Virus record (IMG/VR): IMGVR_UViG_2563366960_000002
Direction: 5' to 3' (one strand)
DNA: 64,000 bases
From: a virus
Lineage: Duplodnaviria; Heunggongvirae; Uroviricota; Caudoviricetes
In this document: positions 29,690 to 39,581 of the stretch, in pieces
Position numbering within the stretch: the stretch's first letter is position 1
Layout of the letters: each line of letters starts with the position of its first letter
Notes under the pieces: model-generated
Seen by the model: the letters and a program-made list of their open reading frames with translations, nothing else
What the model was told of the DNA's origin: nothing
Databases searched by the model: none
Made by a program: the position numbers and the translations under genes

Positions 29690-31396
29690 TTGAGTAACTT
29701 ACGCGAATACCAGAATCGTATTGCAGATATCGCAAAACGCTCTAAAGCTGTGCTTGGCTGGGCAAGCACTGCGCAGTTCGGTACTGATAACCAATTCATT
29801 AAAGATGATGCCGCGCGTGCCGCATCTATCCTTGAAGCTGCACGTAAAGACCCGGTTTTTGCGGGTATCTCTGATAATGCCACCGCTCAAATCGCTACAG
29901 CGTGGGCAAGTGCACTGGCTGACTACGCCGCAGCACATAAATCTATGCCGCGTCCGGAAATTCTGGCCTCCTGCCACCAGACGCTGGAAAACTGCCTGAT
30001 TGAGTCCACCCGCAATAGCATGGATGCCACTAATAAAGCGATGTTGGAATCCGTCGCAGCAGAGATGATGAGCGTTTCTGACGGTGTTATGCGTCTGCCT
30101 TTATTCCTCGCGATGATCCTGCCTGTTCAGTTGGGGGCAGCTACCGCTGATGCGTGTACCTTCATTCCGGTTACGCGTGACCAGTCCGACATCTATGAAG
30201 TCTTTAACGTGGCAGGTTCCTCTTTTGGTTCTTATGCTGCTGGTGATGTTCTGGACATGCAATCCGTCGGTGTGTACAGCCAGTTACGTCGCCGCTATGT
30301 GCTGGTAGCAAGCTCCGATGGCACCAGCAAAACCGCAACCTTCAAGATGGAAGACTTCGAAGGCCAGAATGTACCAATCCGAAAAGGTCGTACTAACATC
30401 TACGTTAACCGTATTAAGTCTGTTGTTGATAACGGTTCCGGCAGCCTACTTCACTCGTTTACTAATGCTGCTGGTGAGCAAATCACTGTTACCTGCTCTC
30501 TGAACTACAACATTGGTCAGATTGCCCTGTCGTTCTCCAAAGCGCCGGATAAAGGCACTGAGATCGCAATTGAGACGGAAATCAATATTGAAGCCGCTCC
30601 TGAGCTGATCCCGCTGATCAACCACGAAATGAAGAAATACACCCTGTTCCCAAGTCAGTTCGTTATCGCGGCTGAGCACACGGTACAGGCGGCGTATGAA
30701 GCACAGCGTGAATTTGGTCTGGACCTGGGTTCCCTACAGTTCCGCACCCTGAAGGAATACCTGTCTCATGAACAGGATATGCTGCGTCTTCGCATCATGA
30801 TCTGGCGCACTCTTGCGACCGACACCTTTGACATCGCTCTGCCGGTTAACCAGTCCTTTGATGTATGGGCAACCATCATTCGTGGCAAATTCCAGACTGT
30901 ATATCGCGACATTATTGAGCGCGTTAAATCTTCTGGTGCGATGGGGATGTTTGCTGGTGCTGATGCAGCATCTTTCTTCAAACAGTTGCCGAAGGATTTC
31001 TTCCAGCCAGCCGAAGACTATATCCAGACTCCGTATGTTCACTACATCGGTACCCTGTTCGGTAACGTGAAAGTGTACGAAGTACCTGCTGGTATTTGTA
31101 AGAACTTAACGACAGAGAACATTCAGTTCAGCTCGATGGATGTGCTGTGCTACGTCCGTGATGAAAATCCGGGTAAAGCAGGCTTCGTGACTGGTGATGC
31201 TGTACCGGCCATCCCGTTCCAGCATCCGACCACTCCGGCGCTGGTCAACCGTACCACGCTGTGGGGTTCGGCTATCAACGATATGCACCCACGCAACGGC
31301 GCTGATTACTTCACTCGTGTAACGCTGACAATGGCCAAAAAAGGCGGGCTTAACTTCATAAGCGGCGACACGATTGATGCCGGTGACTCTGAGTAA
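29690..31396 (+). CDS. major capsid protein (P1 gp23-like)
   Basis: Large ORF after parS; start set at TTG 29690 eight nt after AAGGAAG RBS (track uses TTG 29669); assignment by position and size. Confidence 0.55.
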   Translation: MSNLREYQNRIADIAKRSKAVLGWASTAQFGTDNQFIKDDAARAASILEAARKDPVFAGISDNATAQIATAWASALADYAAAHKSMPRPEILASCHQTLENCLIESTRNSMDATNKAMLESVAAEMMSVSDGVMRLPLFLAMILPVQLGAATADACTFIPVTRDQSDIYEVFNVAGSSFGSYAAGDVLDMQSVGVYSQLRRRYVLVASSDGTSKTATFKMEDFEGQNVPIRKGRTNIYVNRIKSVVDNGSGSLLHSFTNAAGEQITVTCSLNYNIGQIALSFSKAPDKGTEIAIETEINIEAAPELIPLINHEMKKYTLFPSQFVIAAEHTVQAAYEAQREFGLDLGSLQFRTLKEYLSHEQDMLRLRIMIWRTLATDTFDIALPVNQSFDVWATIIRGKFQTVYRDIIERVKSSGAMGMFAGADAASFFKQLPKDFFQPAEDYIQTPYVHYIGTLFGNVKVYEVPAGICKNLTTENIQFSSMDVLCYVRDENPGKAGFVTGDAVPAIPFQHPTTPALVNRTTLWGSAINDMHPRNGADYFTRVTLTMAKKGGLNFISGDTIDAGDSE

Positions 31397-31456
31397 TCAG
31401 GGGAAGTTCTCCGTTTAACATAGCGCCCCCGTGCGGGGCGCATAACAGGGAAAGTT

Positions 31457-33046
31457 ATGTCTCAATATTCAATTCAACAGTCATTAGGTAATGCATCCGG
31501 CGTCGCGGTTAGCCCGATCAATGCCGATGCGACGTTATCTACCGGTGTTGCATTAAATAGCAGCTTGTGGGCTGGTATTGGCGTATTTGCGCGTGGCAAG
31601 CCGTTTACTGTTCTTGCGGTTACTGAGTCCAATTACGAAGATGTTCTCGGCGAACCGCTGAAGCCGTCTTCCGGCTCACAGTTCGAACCAATTCGCCATG
31701 TATACGAAGCTATTCAGCAAACGTCTGGTTACGTTGTTCGCGCTGTTCCGGATGATGCGAAGTTCCCGATTATTATGTTCGATGAATCAGGCGAACCGGC
31801 TTACAGTGCGTTGCCATACGGTTCTGAAATTGAACTTGATAGTGGCGAAGCCTTTGCTATCTACGTTGATGATGGTGATCCGTGTATTTCACCTACCCGT
31901 GAGTTAACCATCGAAACGGCAACAGCGGACAGCGCGGGTAATGAACGCTTCCTCTTAAAACTGACCCAGACGACTTCGCTCGGCGTGGTAACGACCCTGG
32001 AGACACACACTGTGTCTTTGGCGGAAGAAGCGAAAGATGACATGGGCCGCTTGTGTTATCTGCCTACGGCTCTGGAAGCCCGTTCTAAATATTTGCGCGC
32101 GGTTGTTAATGAAGAGCTGATTTCGACAGCGAAAGTAACAAACAAAAAATCGTTGGCGTTCACTGGCGGTACCAACGGCGATCAGTCGAAAATCTCAACC
32201 GCTACGTACCTGCGTGCGGTGAAAGTTCTGAACAATGCGCCGTACATGTACACCGCTGTTCTTGGCCTGGGCTGCTATGACAATGCGGCTATCACCGCAT
32301 TAGGTAAAATCTGTGCAGATCGCCTGATTGATGGCTTCTTTGATGTCAAACCGACATTAACGTACGCAGAAGCACTACCAGCTGTTGAGGATACCGGTTT
32401 ACTTGGTACCGATTATGTAAGCTGTTCTGTCTATCACTACCCGTTCTCCTGCAAAGACAAATGGACCCAATCCCGTGTGGTCTTTGGTCTGTCTGGCGTG
32501 GCGTATGCGGCGAAAGCTCGTGGCGTCAAGAAAAACTCTGATGTCGGCGGTTGGCATTACTCACCGGCTGGTGAAGAACGTGCCGTCATTGCTCGTGCGT
32601 CAATTCAACCGCTGTATCCGGAAGATACCCCGGACGAAGAAGCAATGGTCAAGGGCCGTCTCAATAAAGTATCTGTTGGCACCTCTGGCCAGATGATCAT
32701 CGACGATGCTTTAACTTGCTGCACGCAGGATAACTATCTGCACTTCCAGCACGTCCCATCCCTGATGAATGCAATCAGCCGTTTCTTTGTCCAGTTAGCC
32801 CGACAGATGAAGCATAGCCCGGACGGTATTACTGCGGCTGGCCTGACTAAAGGGATGACCAAACTTTTAGATCGCTTTGTCGCCTCCGGCGCTCTGGTGG
32901 CTCCTCGTGATCCTGATGCTGACGGTACAGAACCGTATGTGCTGAAAGTTACGCAGGCGGAATTCGATAAATGGGAAGTAGTCTGGGCCTGCTGCCCGAC
33001 TGGCGTAGCCCGTCGTATCCAGGGCGTACCGCTGCTTATTAAGTAA
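31457..33046 (+). CDS. contractile tail sheath protein (P1 gp22-like)
   Basis: 529-aa ORF; size and position consistent with sheath. Confidence 0.5.
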   Translation: MSQYSIQQSLGNASGVAVSPINADATLSTGVALNSSLWAGIGVFARGKPFTVLAVTESNYEDVLGEPLKPSSGSQFEPIRHVYEAIQQTSGYVVRAVPDDAKFPIIMFDESGEPAYSALPYGSEIELDSGEAFAIYVDDGDPCISPTRELTIETATADSAGNERFLLKLTQTTSLGVVTTLETHTVSLAEEAKDDMGRLCYLPTALEARSKYLRAVVNEELISTAKVTNKKSLAFTGGTNGDQSKISTATYLRAVKVLNNAPYMYTAVLGLGCYDNAAITALGKICADRLIDGFFDVKPTLTYAEALPAVEDTGLLGTDYVSCSVYHYPFSCKDKWTQSRVVFGLSGVAYAAKARGVKKNSDVGGWHYSPAGEERAVIARASIQPLYPEDTPDEEAMVKGRLNKVSVGTSGQMIIDDALTCCTQDNYLHFQHVPSLMNAISRFFVQLARQMKHSPDGITAAGLTKGMTKLLDRFVASGALVAPRDPDADGTEPYVLKVTQAEFDKWEVVWACCPTGVARRIQGVPLLIK

Positions 33047-33055
33047 GGGAATACA

Positions 33056-33871
33056 ATGAGCAAAAACTTTTTTCAATCCGGGGCATTTTTGGGGAATGGA
33101 CTGTCTCGTTTCGCTTTGAACTCTGATCCTGTGCAGCTGATGGAGTCTGCCCGAGCAAGCGCCGAACCGCCAACAGATCCGGTTATTAATAATAATCCGG
33201 AACCGGCGGCACAGACTAACGATAACGTTCCATCTGCCCAGGCTCCTGAGCAAATCCTGGAAGGGAAAGACGGTAAAGAATGGACCGTCGAACAGGCGCA
33301 CCAGATGATTCTGGAAGCTGCAAATCGAAGTGCTATGCAGAATGCGTTGAGTGATGCGGCCGACGCCGTTTTCGCCTGGGCTGATAGCGGTGATCTGACT
33401 TTCGACTCCCTTGATGGTTTCGTTCAGGCTATCGCTGGTATCTCTGATGACGACGACTCCGAAGTTACAGAAGAACAGGACGATGCCTATAACGAAGCAT
33501 GGGCAAATGTTGCTGACTTCCTCGCAGCATGCGGTGTAGATGATGACCTGATCGAAGCACTGGCTGACGATGAAGACGACGACGCTGCTGCTGATGTTGG
33601 TGCCTCTATCGCTGGTTTAGATAGCGACGACCGCGACGAACTGGAAGCGGCGTTTGTTGTTGCTGGCACTTCTGATGAAATGCTGACTGAAGCATTTAAG
33701 AAGGTTGTTCGTAACGGTGAGATCAAACTCATCCGTAAACGCCTGCGTAAAAAACGTCTGACTGCGGCTCAAAAATCGGCGCTGAAAAAAGCGCGTCGAA
33801 AAGCCCAGACCGGCGCGGCAAAACTTGCCCGCAAAAAGTCAATGAAACTGCGCCGTAAGCGCCTTGGCTAA
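33056..33871 (+). CDS. acidic protein with lysine/arginine-rich C-terminal tail
   Basis: 271-aa ORF; Asp/Glu-rich body and KRRLRKKRL C-terminus. Confidence 0.5.
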   Translation: MSKNFFQSGAFLGNGLSRFALNSDPVQLMESARASAEPPTDPVINNNPEPAAQTNDNVPSAQAPEQILEGKDGKEWTVEQAHQMILEAANRSAMQNALSDAADAVFAWADSGDLTFDSLDGFVQAIAGISDDDDSEVTEEQDDAYNEAWANVADFLAACGVDDDLIEALADDEDDDAAADVGASIAGLDSDDRDELEAAFVVAGTSDEMLTEAFKKVVRNGEIKLIRKRLRKKRLTAAQKSALKKARRKAQTGAAKLARKKSMKLRRKRLG

Positions 33872-33906
33872 AGGAGGAGGCCGGAGAACTCCGGCCTTTA
33901 ACTTGA

Positions 33907-34488
33907 ATGGCTCCTATAGCTTATGGGGTTTACAGCCAGGCTGACGGTGTATCGCCATATCTGAAAGTTACTTTAACGAACTCTCAGTACCAGGTTACCG
34001 GATATATCAGCCAGGGAGCGGCAATGAACATGGCCCAGAATTGGGAAGCGCCGTTTACCGGTATGTCCATGGGATCTGTTTCTGGTGCTCTGGGTGGTTT
34101 TGTGCAAGTAGGTACTGAAACAACGTCGGTTGCCCGTTGGAATAGCTTAATGGTTTGGGAAGGGGGGACTCCGCCGACGTTCACGCTGCCTGTAACTTTC
34201 ATTGCTTTGAACAATCCATTCATTGAAGTTTCAGGCGCTATCGCCGCGTTGACAGCCATGATTAGCCCGGAACTAAAAGCGGCCAATGTTGGTGGTCGAA
34301 TCCCGGAGCGCGTGACGCTAAACATTGGTCGCCGGATCAACATCACCGATGTCGCCATCCAGGACTTAAGTTTTGATCTCGATGCGCCAAGGGACAGTAA
34401 TGGATATTTCCTGAAAAACACCGTCAACCTCCAGTTGACCGGTTCTTCGATATATAACAGCTCCGATATTGTTCGGGCGTTCCAGTAA
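33907..34488 (+). CDS. hypothetical tail-module protein
   Basis: 193-aa ORF. Confidence 0.45.
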   Translation: MAPIAYGVYSQADGVSPYLKVTLTNSQYQVTGYISQGAAMNMAQNWEAPFTGMSMGSVSGALGGFVQVGTETTSVARWNSLMVWEGGTPPTFTLPVTFIALNNPFIEVSGAIAALTAMISPELKAANVGGRIPERVTLNIGRRINITDVAIQDLSFDLDAPRDSNGYFLKNTVNLQLTGSSIYNSSDIVRAFQ

Positions 34489-34499
34489 AAGGATTTTAT

Positions 34500-35009
34500 A
34501 TGGGGCACAATAACACTAAGGGAAACCGTAAATTTATTAAGGGCCGCTATACTGCCAACGCGGCCAAAGGCGAACGACTGGTATCTTCTGAATTCCAGCT
34601 CACTTTTGCAGGCCATGAAGATATCAGCGTACTGGTTCGCACGTCGCAAATCCCTGAAATGACCCGCGAGGATGTGGAGGACTATGGTCCGAATGGTGTG
34701 AAGTTCAACCAGCACGGTCCAATTCGAAACTCTGGGGAAATCCAGGTCCAGTGCGTGGAGACTATCGAAGGCGATATTCTTCAGTTCATTAAAGATCGCA
34801 TTGCGGCGAAGGACTATGTTGATATCACGATGGCTGCTACCCCTGAATCCAAATCTTCCGGGGTTAACGCTGTGACAAAAGCTGCTACAACAATTGAAAT
34901 GTTGGACTGCAAAATCTACAGTGATGCAATCGACTTTAGTACCGAAGATGTGACTGCTGCTGTGCGTCCGTCACTTCGTATTGTCTACAACTGGATTGAG
35001 TGGGATTAA
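34500..35009 (+). CDS. hypothetical tail-module protein (tube-sized)
   Basis: 169-aa ORF. Confidence 0.45.
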   Translation: MGHNNTKGNRKFIKGRYTANAAKGERLVSSEFQLTFAGHEDISVLVRTSQIPEMTREDVEDYGPNGVKFNQHGPIRNSGEIQVQCVETIEGDILQFIKDRIAAKDYVDITMAATPESKSSGVNAVTKAATTIEMLDCKIYSDAIDFSTEDVTAAVRPSLRIVYNWIEWD

Positions 35010-35028
35010 GAGTCATCACTTGTATTTT

Positions 35029-35053
35029 AAAGCTCCTACGGGAGCTTTTTTTT
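35029..35053 (+). terminator. intrinsic terminator AAAGCTCC-TACG-GGAGCTTT plus T8
   Basis: Direct read after stop at 35009. Confidence 0.7.
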
Positions 35054-35180
35054 ATAACTATTTTATATAAAAATGCATTGATAACATTGTCTGGAGTTTT
35101 ATGTTAGATTATTAATGTTCTAATAAACTACAATTATTGAGGTAGAGGTTTGTGCCTGTCTGTTAAAGGGGGACTCTAAA

Positions 35181-35777
35181 ATGGCTGTGATTCCAATGTC
35201 GTACTCCCCGGGTACTGTCGCTCGTCGATTTTCGATCCTGGACGGAGTTACCATCCAGGGTGTGCTTTACCAGGTTATATGGGATTCCAAAACCCCATTT
35301 GCAGCTGTAATAGAGGCTGCGCCTTCTGTTATCGATGGTGATATGCGGCATAAGGTTGTCGCTACTCTTGAACTTCAACGTCGCCCGCAGCTTGAAGGTG
35401 TACTGGTAAGGAGGTTCTGGGAGGATAGTGATGTTGCCCAAATTGAAGGTATCGTGGTTGATGGAACCGTCCGTGATGTCGGTTTAGCTACTTTTGTTTA
35501 CGAAACCGTAGCCTCAAAAGCTGGTGTTGTTTTGCTTAGTGATAATGAGCAATACGAAGGTGGAAAAGCTCTTTGGCAACACATCGCCCGTCGCTCTTCC
35601 GAGCTAAAAGTGTTTATCCTCGACACCGATGCCGCTCAGTATTACCCGTTTGACGGCGAACGTGTTTGCTATGACGGGGTAAGTATTCCTGAATCTGAGA
35701 TATGGAGTGAACACCCAGATCGAAGTAAGCATGGGGTTGTTCTTGTCGCTGAATCCATAACTGGAAAGGCGGCATAG
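35181..35777 (+). CDS. hypothetical protein
   Basis: 198-aa ORF with AT-rich promoter-like leader and AAAGGGGGA RBS. Confidence 0.5.
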   Translation: MAVIPMSYSPGTVARRFSILDGVTIQGVLYQVIWDSKTPFAAVIEAAPSVIDGDMRHKVVATLELQRRPQLEGVLVRRFWEDSDVAQIEGIVVDGTVRDVGLATFVYETVASKAGVVLLSDNEQYEGGKALWQHIARRSSELKVFILDTDAAQYYPFDGERVCYDGVSIPESEIWSEHPDRSKHGVVLVAESITGKAA

Positions 35778-36066
35778 CAGTAAAATTCCTTGCTCCTTAA
35801 AAGGGGAGAGGGTTAATCTAGATATGCTAAGCATGGATATGGCCTCAGATTAATGTTAAGCGTCTTGCAGGACGCGTAATGTTATCTGGGGCTTTCTTCT
35901 GTTATTTGTTTGAGTGCTAGGTAGCAAAGAGAGCTAGCATTCATCAGGCAAATCTATCAATAAATAGCGTTAGTTTTTGTTGTGTGTATGTTTCTTTATT
36001 GTTATTGTGTTGTTTGTTTTTTGGACAACGCAATTCCTATAATCTATAGAATAAAGGAAGTATATA

Positions 36067-36353
36067 TGGCTGATGTACGCATTACTTGCATTACCCTCTC
36101 CGGCTCGCAATCAATCCATGAGCATATTACTCATGTGGGAAGTCCTCAATTTAATACTAGCAATGGGAAATGGACTGTTGAGCAGGTAATTAATGCTATT
36201 GATAATAATCTCCATACATTCTATGTAACAGATAATGCAGGTAATCGTGTAGAAGTTGGGGTTGTTAATCCTGGTAATGGTGGAAGGCAGTTTATTAGAA
36301 CGTATGCAGACAATCGATGGAATAATAATTTACTATCGCTACCAGTCTGTTAA
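36067..36353 (+). CDS. small hypothetical protein, low-GC moron
   Basis: Start set at ATG 36067 after AGGAAG RBS; AT-rich coding; strong terminator follows. Confidence 0.5.
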
Positions 36354-36364
36354 TGTAATTTTAT

Positions 36365-36398
36365 AAAAAAGGCTGCAACCTCTGTTGCAGCCTTTTTT
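36365..36398. terminator. bidirectional intrinsic terminator (A6-GGCTGCAAC-N4-GTTGCAGCC-T7)
   Basis: Direct read between convergent genes. Confidence 0.75.
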
Positions 36399-36423
36399 TA
36401 GCTATTATGACTGAGATAAGCCA

Positions 36424-37479
36424 CTATAAACTCTGAACAAGACGTTCGATTGCTGCACCATATCTTTCTAATGGTTCATTATTGATTTGTGGCTCAGTGT
36501 CATGGATCTGATATCTGCCTGGTTTTATATCAAATAGAGGTCTTCCTAGATGGGAAGATACTATAGCTACGGAATGGTTATCTGGCACAGTAAACGTTTT
36601 TAAATTTCCGCCTTGGAACGCTGTTGGTTTATTCGTCCGCAGATTTTCAGCTCTATCCCTGATTTCGTCGAACATTGCCGAAAACGCTTTACTTGCTCGT
36701 TTGTCATACTCTGTCGAACGATTAAAAACTAGAGAATGAATGACAGGAACCGCTAGACCAAACTGTTGACACCGATCGTAAAAGTTAACAGAACGATAAT
36801 CGTTTTGTACTCCAACGCCATAAACCAACTGGCTTAGGTTATCCACTGCTCGAGCCGAAGAACCATCACTTGAGCAAGGTATTATAATTGCATTTGCTGC
36901 TATCAGTGATAGTTCGGTATAGGCAGAGAAACTGGGGTTGCAATCAATAAAGCAAATGGTTTCTTCGATACCTTGTTGTTGTGCACATGCAACAAGCAAA
37001 TCTCGTAGCCACAGGTGGATGCTTTTCCATGAGTCAACTGGTAAGTTTACGCTGCTTAACTGATTGATTACTTGCGCCTGAACTTCCAGGCTTGGGTCGC
37101 CTGCAATCAAAAATACATTGTCAGGGACATGCCCGTTAATTTCAGAGACATGAATTAAGAAACTTGTTTCTGAACCGGTAAGCATGTGGGGGCTGCGAGT
37201 TCTTCTGTCAAAGTACCCACCGACAGTTTTTCGTTGTTGAATTAAGCTCGCGAGGTTAGCAGCACCAGTACCGTTACCACCGAGCAATATTTCAGATAAG
37301 TTAGCCTGCGGACACATATCTGCAAAAATAATACGCTTTTCTGGATTTTGCCTTGCGTATTCACAGGCCATAGCGAAAGATAAGTAGGTCTTTCCTACGC
37401 CACCTTTATTATTCCAAATAGCATACGATTTCATGGTATCCCCGGCGTTATCTGCTGTTTGTGTGCCAGCATAAGTCAT
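36424..37479 (-). CDS. orphan ParA/MinD-family ATPase (not part of the partition locus)
   Basis: Deviant Walker A NNKGGVGKT, A' IIFADMCPQAN, Walker B ICFIDCNPS; alternative start ATG 37434 (MKSYAIW) is plausible; no ParB-like partner adjacent. Confidence 0.6.
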   Translation of the reverse strand: MTYAGTQTADNAGDTMKSYAIWNNKGGVGKTYLSFAMACEYARQNPEKRIIFADMCPQANLSEILLGGNGTGAANLASLIQQRKTVGGYFDRRTRSPHMLTGSETSFLIHVSEINGHVPDNVFLIAGDPSLEVQAQVINQLSSVNLPVDSWKSIHLWLRDLLVACAQQQGIEETICFIDCNPSFSAYTELSLIAANAIIIPCSSDGSSARAVDNLSQLVYGVGVQNDYRSVNFYDRCQQFGLAVPVIHSLVFNRSTEYDKRASKAFSAMFDEIRDRAENLRTNKPTAFQGGNLKTFTVPDNHSVAIVSSHLGRPLFDIKPGRYQIHDTEPQINNEPLERYGAAIERLVQSL

Positions 37480-37722
37480 TATGCATCTCCATTACTATCC
37501 ATGAATTGAGTCAAAAAATATGTAAAAGTAGCAATGTATCACTCTTTTACTCATTATAAACGTTACAAGTTGTGATGGTTAGCTGTGTTTTTATCAGTAC
37601 AAGTTTTGATCTGGCTTTGGGTTTTTATATATGGATATGTCTCAAAGATGCCCTGCAAAAGCGATCGCTAACTGTAAAAAATCAGATTGCATCTCCGACC
37701 TCAAACTGAAAACGCCAGGTGA

Positions 37723-37739
37723 CTCCAGATTAGAGCAAT
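37723..37739 (-). promoter_or_regulatory. partial C1-type operator (ATTGCTCTAATCTGGAG on minus strand; first 11 positions match)
   Basis: Direct read just after repL stop and upstream of the ParA-like gene. Confidence 0.35.
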
Positions 37740-37742
37740 CTA

Positions 37743-38588
37743 TCACCCTCTGAATCCTGCCGGTATACCCCATTGTTCGTTATCTTTATTTTTGGCTAAA
37801 ACCGCATTAAGAGCTTTGTTTACCGTCATGCAATGCGGCAGATTATCGAAGTTTGATATCCCGCAAATATCAGGAGAACGCTTGTTCTTCAGGTAAGCAT
37901 ATTTCCGCGCTGCCGCCTCTACTTTCTGCTTGAACTCATGTTTTTGAGCGCGTTTTTTGGATAACCGCAGATTGTCAGCCTTTGCTTTTGCCTCAGCGAT
38001 CCATGAAGTCAATTTTTTGAGTCTGGTCGTTCCGGCACCGCCGGAAACTGATCTTTTTGTTTTTTTAACTTGTGACTTCTTATTCTTTATTGCCACGTCA
38101 TCCTGACAGGGGGAGGGGGTATCATTTTGACATGGGGGTGTGGATAAAAAATCAAATAAAGCCAATGTATTAGCGAGAACAGCTTTAACCTTGGTTGCGG
38201 CTGAAGAGATCTTTAATTTGCTTTCAATCAGCGCGTTTTTAGCGTGTTGTGCGAAGGCCAAAAAGGATGGTGTAAACCGGTACAGGTTAGCGCGGCGTTC
38301 ACGGTGATCGCCGATAACAATCTCTACAGACAGGATTCCTTTGTTTACAGCTTCACGGAATGCACGAACGACGGTTGATTGACTATAACCAGTTTCTGCC
38401 GCGATCAGGCGGTGAGGCTTGTGAATGAAGTATTCACTGGTTGTTGCCGCGAGATTTGCACATTGCGACAGGATATGCCCGGCGCTACGGGATAGACCGG
38501 AGTGTGTTACAAAGCAGGCCAATTCATAGCCAGAAAAAGTAAAATCGCTCATCGTTATACAGCTCAGGAAAGTGACTTTAGCCAGCAT
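37743..38588 (-). CDS. repL: lytic replication protein RepL-like
   Basis: 281-aa ORF after kilA under an operator-bearing promoter; HTH-like AAETGYSQSTVVRAFREAVNKGILS; size matches P1 RepL as recalled. Confidence 0.6.
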   Translation of the reverse strand: MLAKVTFLSCITMSDFTFSGYELACFVTHSGLSRSAGHILSQCANLAATTSEYFIHKPHRLIAAETGYSQSTVVRAFREAVNKGILSVEIVIGDHRERRANLYRFTPSFLAFAQHAKNALIESKLKISSAATKVKAVLANTLALFDFLSTPPCQNDTPSPCQDDVAIKNKKSQVKKTKRSVSGGAGTTRLKKLTSWIAEAKAKADNLRLSKKRAQKHEFKQKVEAAARKYAYLKNKRSPDICGISNFDNLPHCMTVNKALNAVLAKNKDNEQWGIPAGFRG

Positions 38589-38617
38589 TACAATGCTGGT
38601 GGTTCTTACTACGTCTG

Positions 38618-39418
38618 TTAGCGCGTTGCCGCGACAGGTACCAGCACACCAGCATCAAGCAATCGCTTCATCAGCCACTGCTGACCTTTGCCGGTTATAC
38701 GAGTCGTGAAAGAAATCCTGCTTCCATTGCTTGTATCGATCACGGTTTCTTTAAGGGTGAAATACCCACGGGATATGTATTCTTGTTTGGGGACGTTCCT
38801 GCGTTCACCGGTTGCGATCAGAATTCCGTTATCACGCAACCAGGTGAAGAGATAGTTTTGGCCCAGGCCGAGCACTTTGGCATAGTTGCCGATTAGAACC
38901 CCGCTGGCGGTAGCAACGCGTTCGGCGAATTCGACTTTAGGTGCATCCATCAGCATTTTTTGCTCCAGCCGTTGCTTTTGCTCTGCCAGGTCGGCAGCCA
39001 AACGGAGAGCTTCTGGGAGGCTCTTCGGAATAGCAGGTTGTAATCTTCCAGCTCGATAGTCGATAAATGTCTGGTTTACCTTCAGCCGAAACGCGGGAGA
39101 AATCCAACCAGCGTACTCCACTGCGAGCAATTCATGGGCAAAAGTGCCGCCGCCACGGCCTTCGAACGAAACTATGCAATTCTGCATAGTTTCTTTTTCA
39201 AGCTCTTCGATGAGCTGTTTTGCTGACAGCGTTCTTAGCCATTGAGCTGGCGCTTTATGGGCACCGAGTCCGCTCGCTCTGTGTAGAGCATTAAGGTTGT
39301 AACGGCCAGCGCGGTCGGTCGTAATTTCAACACCACAAATAACGGGCAGAGTGGTTGAAGGATCGACATTTTGATGAAGGTTTGATATATTCATATCCGC
39401 ATTGAATGTTTGTTGCAT
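38618..39418 (-). CDS. kilA: KilA-N / antirepressor KilAC-domain protein (P1 KilA-like)
   Basis: 266-aa ORF; C-terminal LPEALRLAADLAEQK...GNYAKVLGL...LFTWLRDNGIL is the KilAC pattern shared with the upstream Ant. Confidence 0.65.
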   Translation of the reverse strand: MQQTFNADMNISNLHQNVDPSTTLPVICGVEITTDRAGRYNLNALHRASGLGAHKAPAQWLRTLSAKQLIEELEKETMQNCIVSFEGRGGGTFAHELLAVEYAGWISPAFRLKVNQTFIDYRAGRLQPAIPKSLPEALRLAADLAEQKQRLEQKMLMDAPKVEFAERVATASGVLIGNYAKVLGLGQNYLFTWLRDNGILIATGERRNVPKQEYISRGYFTLKETVIDTSNGSRISFTTRITGKGQQWLMKRLLDAGVLVPVAATR

Positions 39419-39487
39419 TTTTTCTCCAAATTTGCATCAACCTTCAATCACCAGCTCGAAATGGTGATTCTTTGCACTTAGAAAACG

Positions 39488-39504
39488 AAATTTATTAGAG
39501 CAAA
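39488..39504 (-). promoter_or_regulatory. C1-type operator (TTTGCTCTAATAAATTT on minus strand), 16/17, upstream of kilA-repL
   Basis: Direct read. Confidence 0.65.
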
Positions 39505-39581
39505 TTTTTCTGACTCGATCCAGATCGGGTTGGACGATCTGCTCAGAAACCTGCCAGTTTGCTGGCAGGTTTTTTCTTTTG

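Noticed and set aside
36424-37479. Second partition system
   Set aside because: ParA-like ATPase has no ParB gene and no centromere repeats nearby; the real partition locus is at 27250..29620, so it is treated as an orphan ATPase
39546-39578. Hairpin CCTGCCAG-N4-CTGGCAGG with T-run as terminator of the ant operon
   Set aside because: The T-run is on the plus strand while all nearby genes are minus-strand; on the minus strand only UUU follows the stem, so at best a weak terminator
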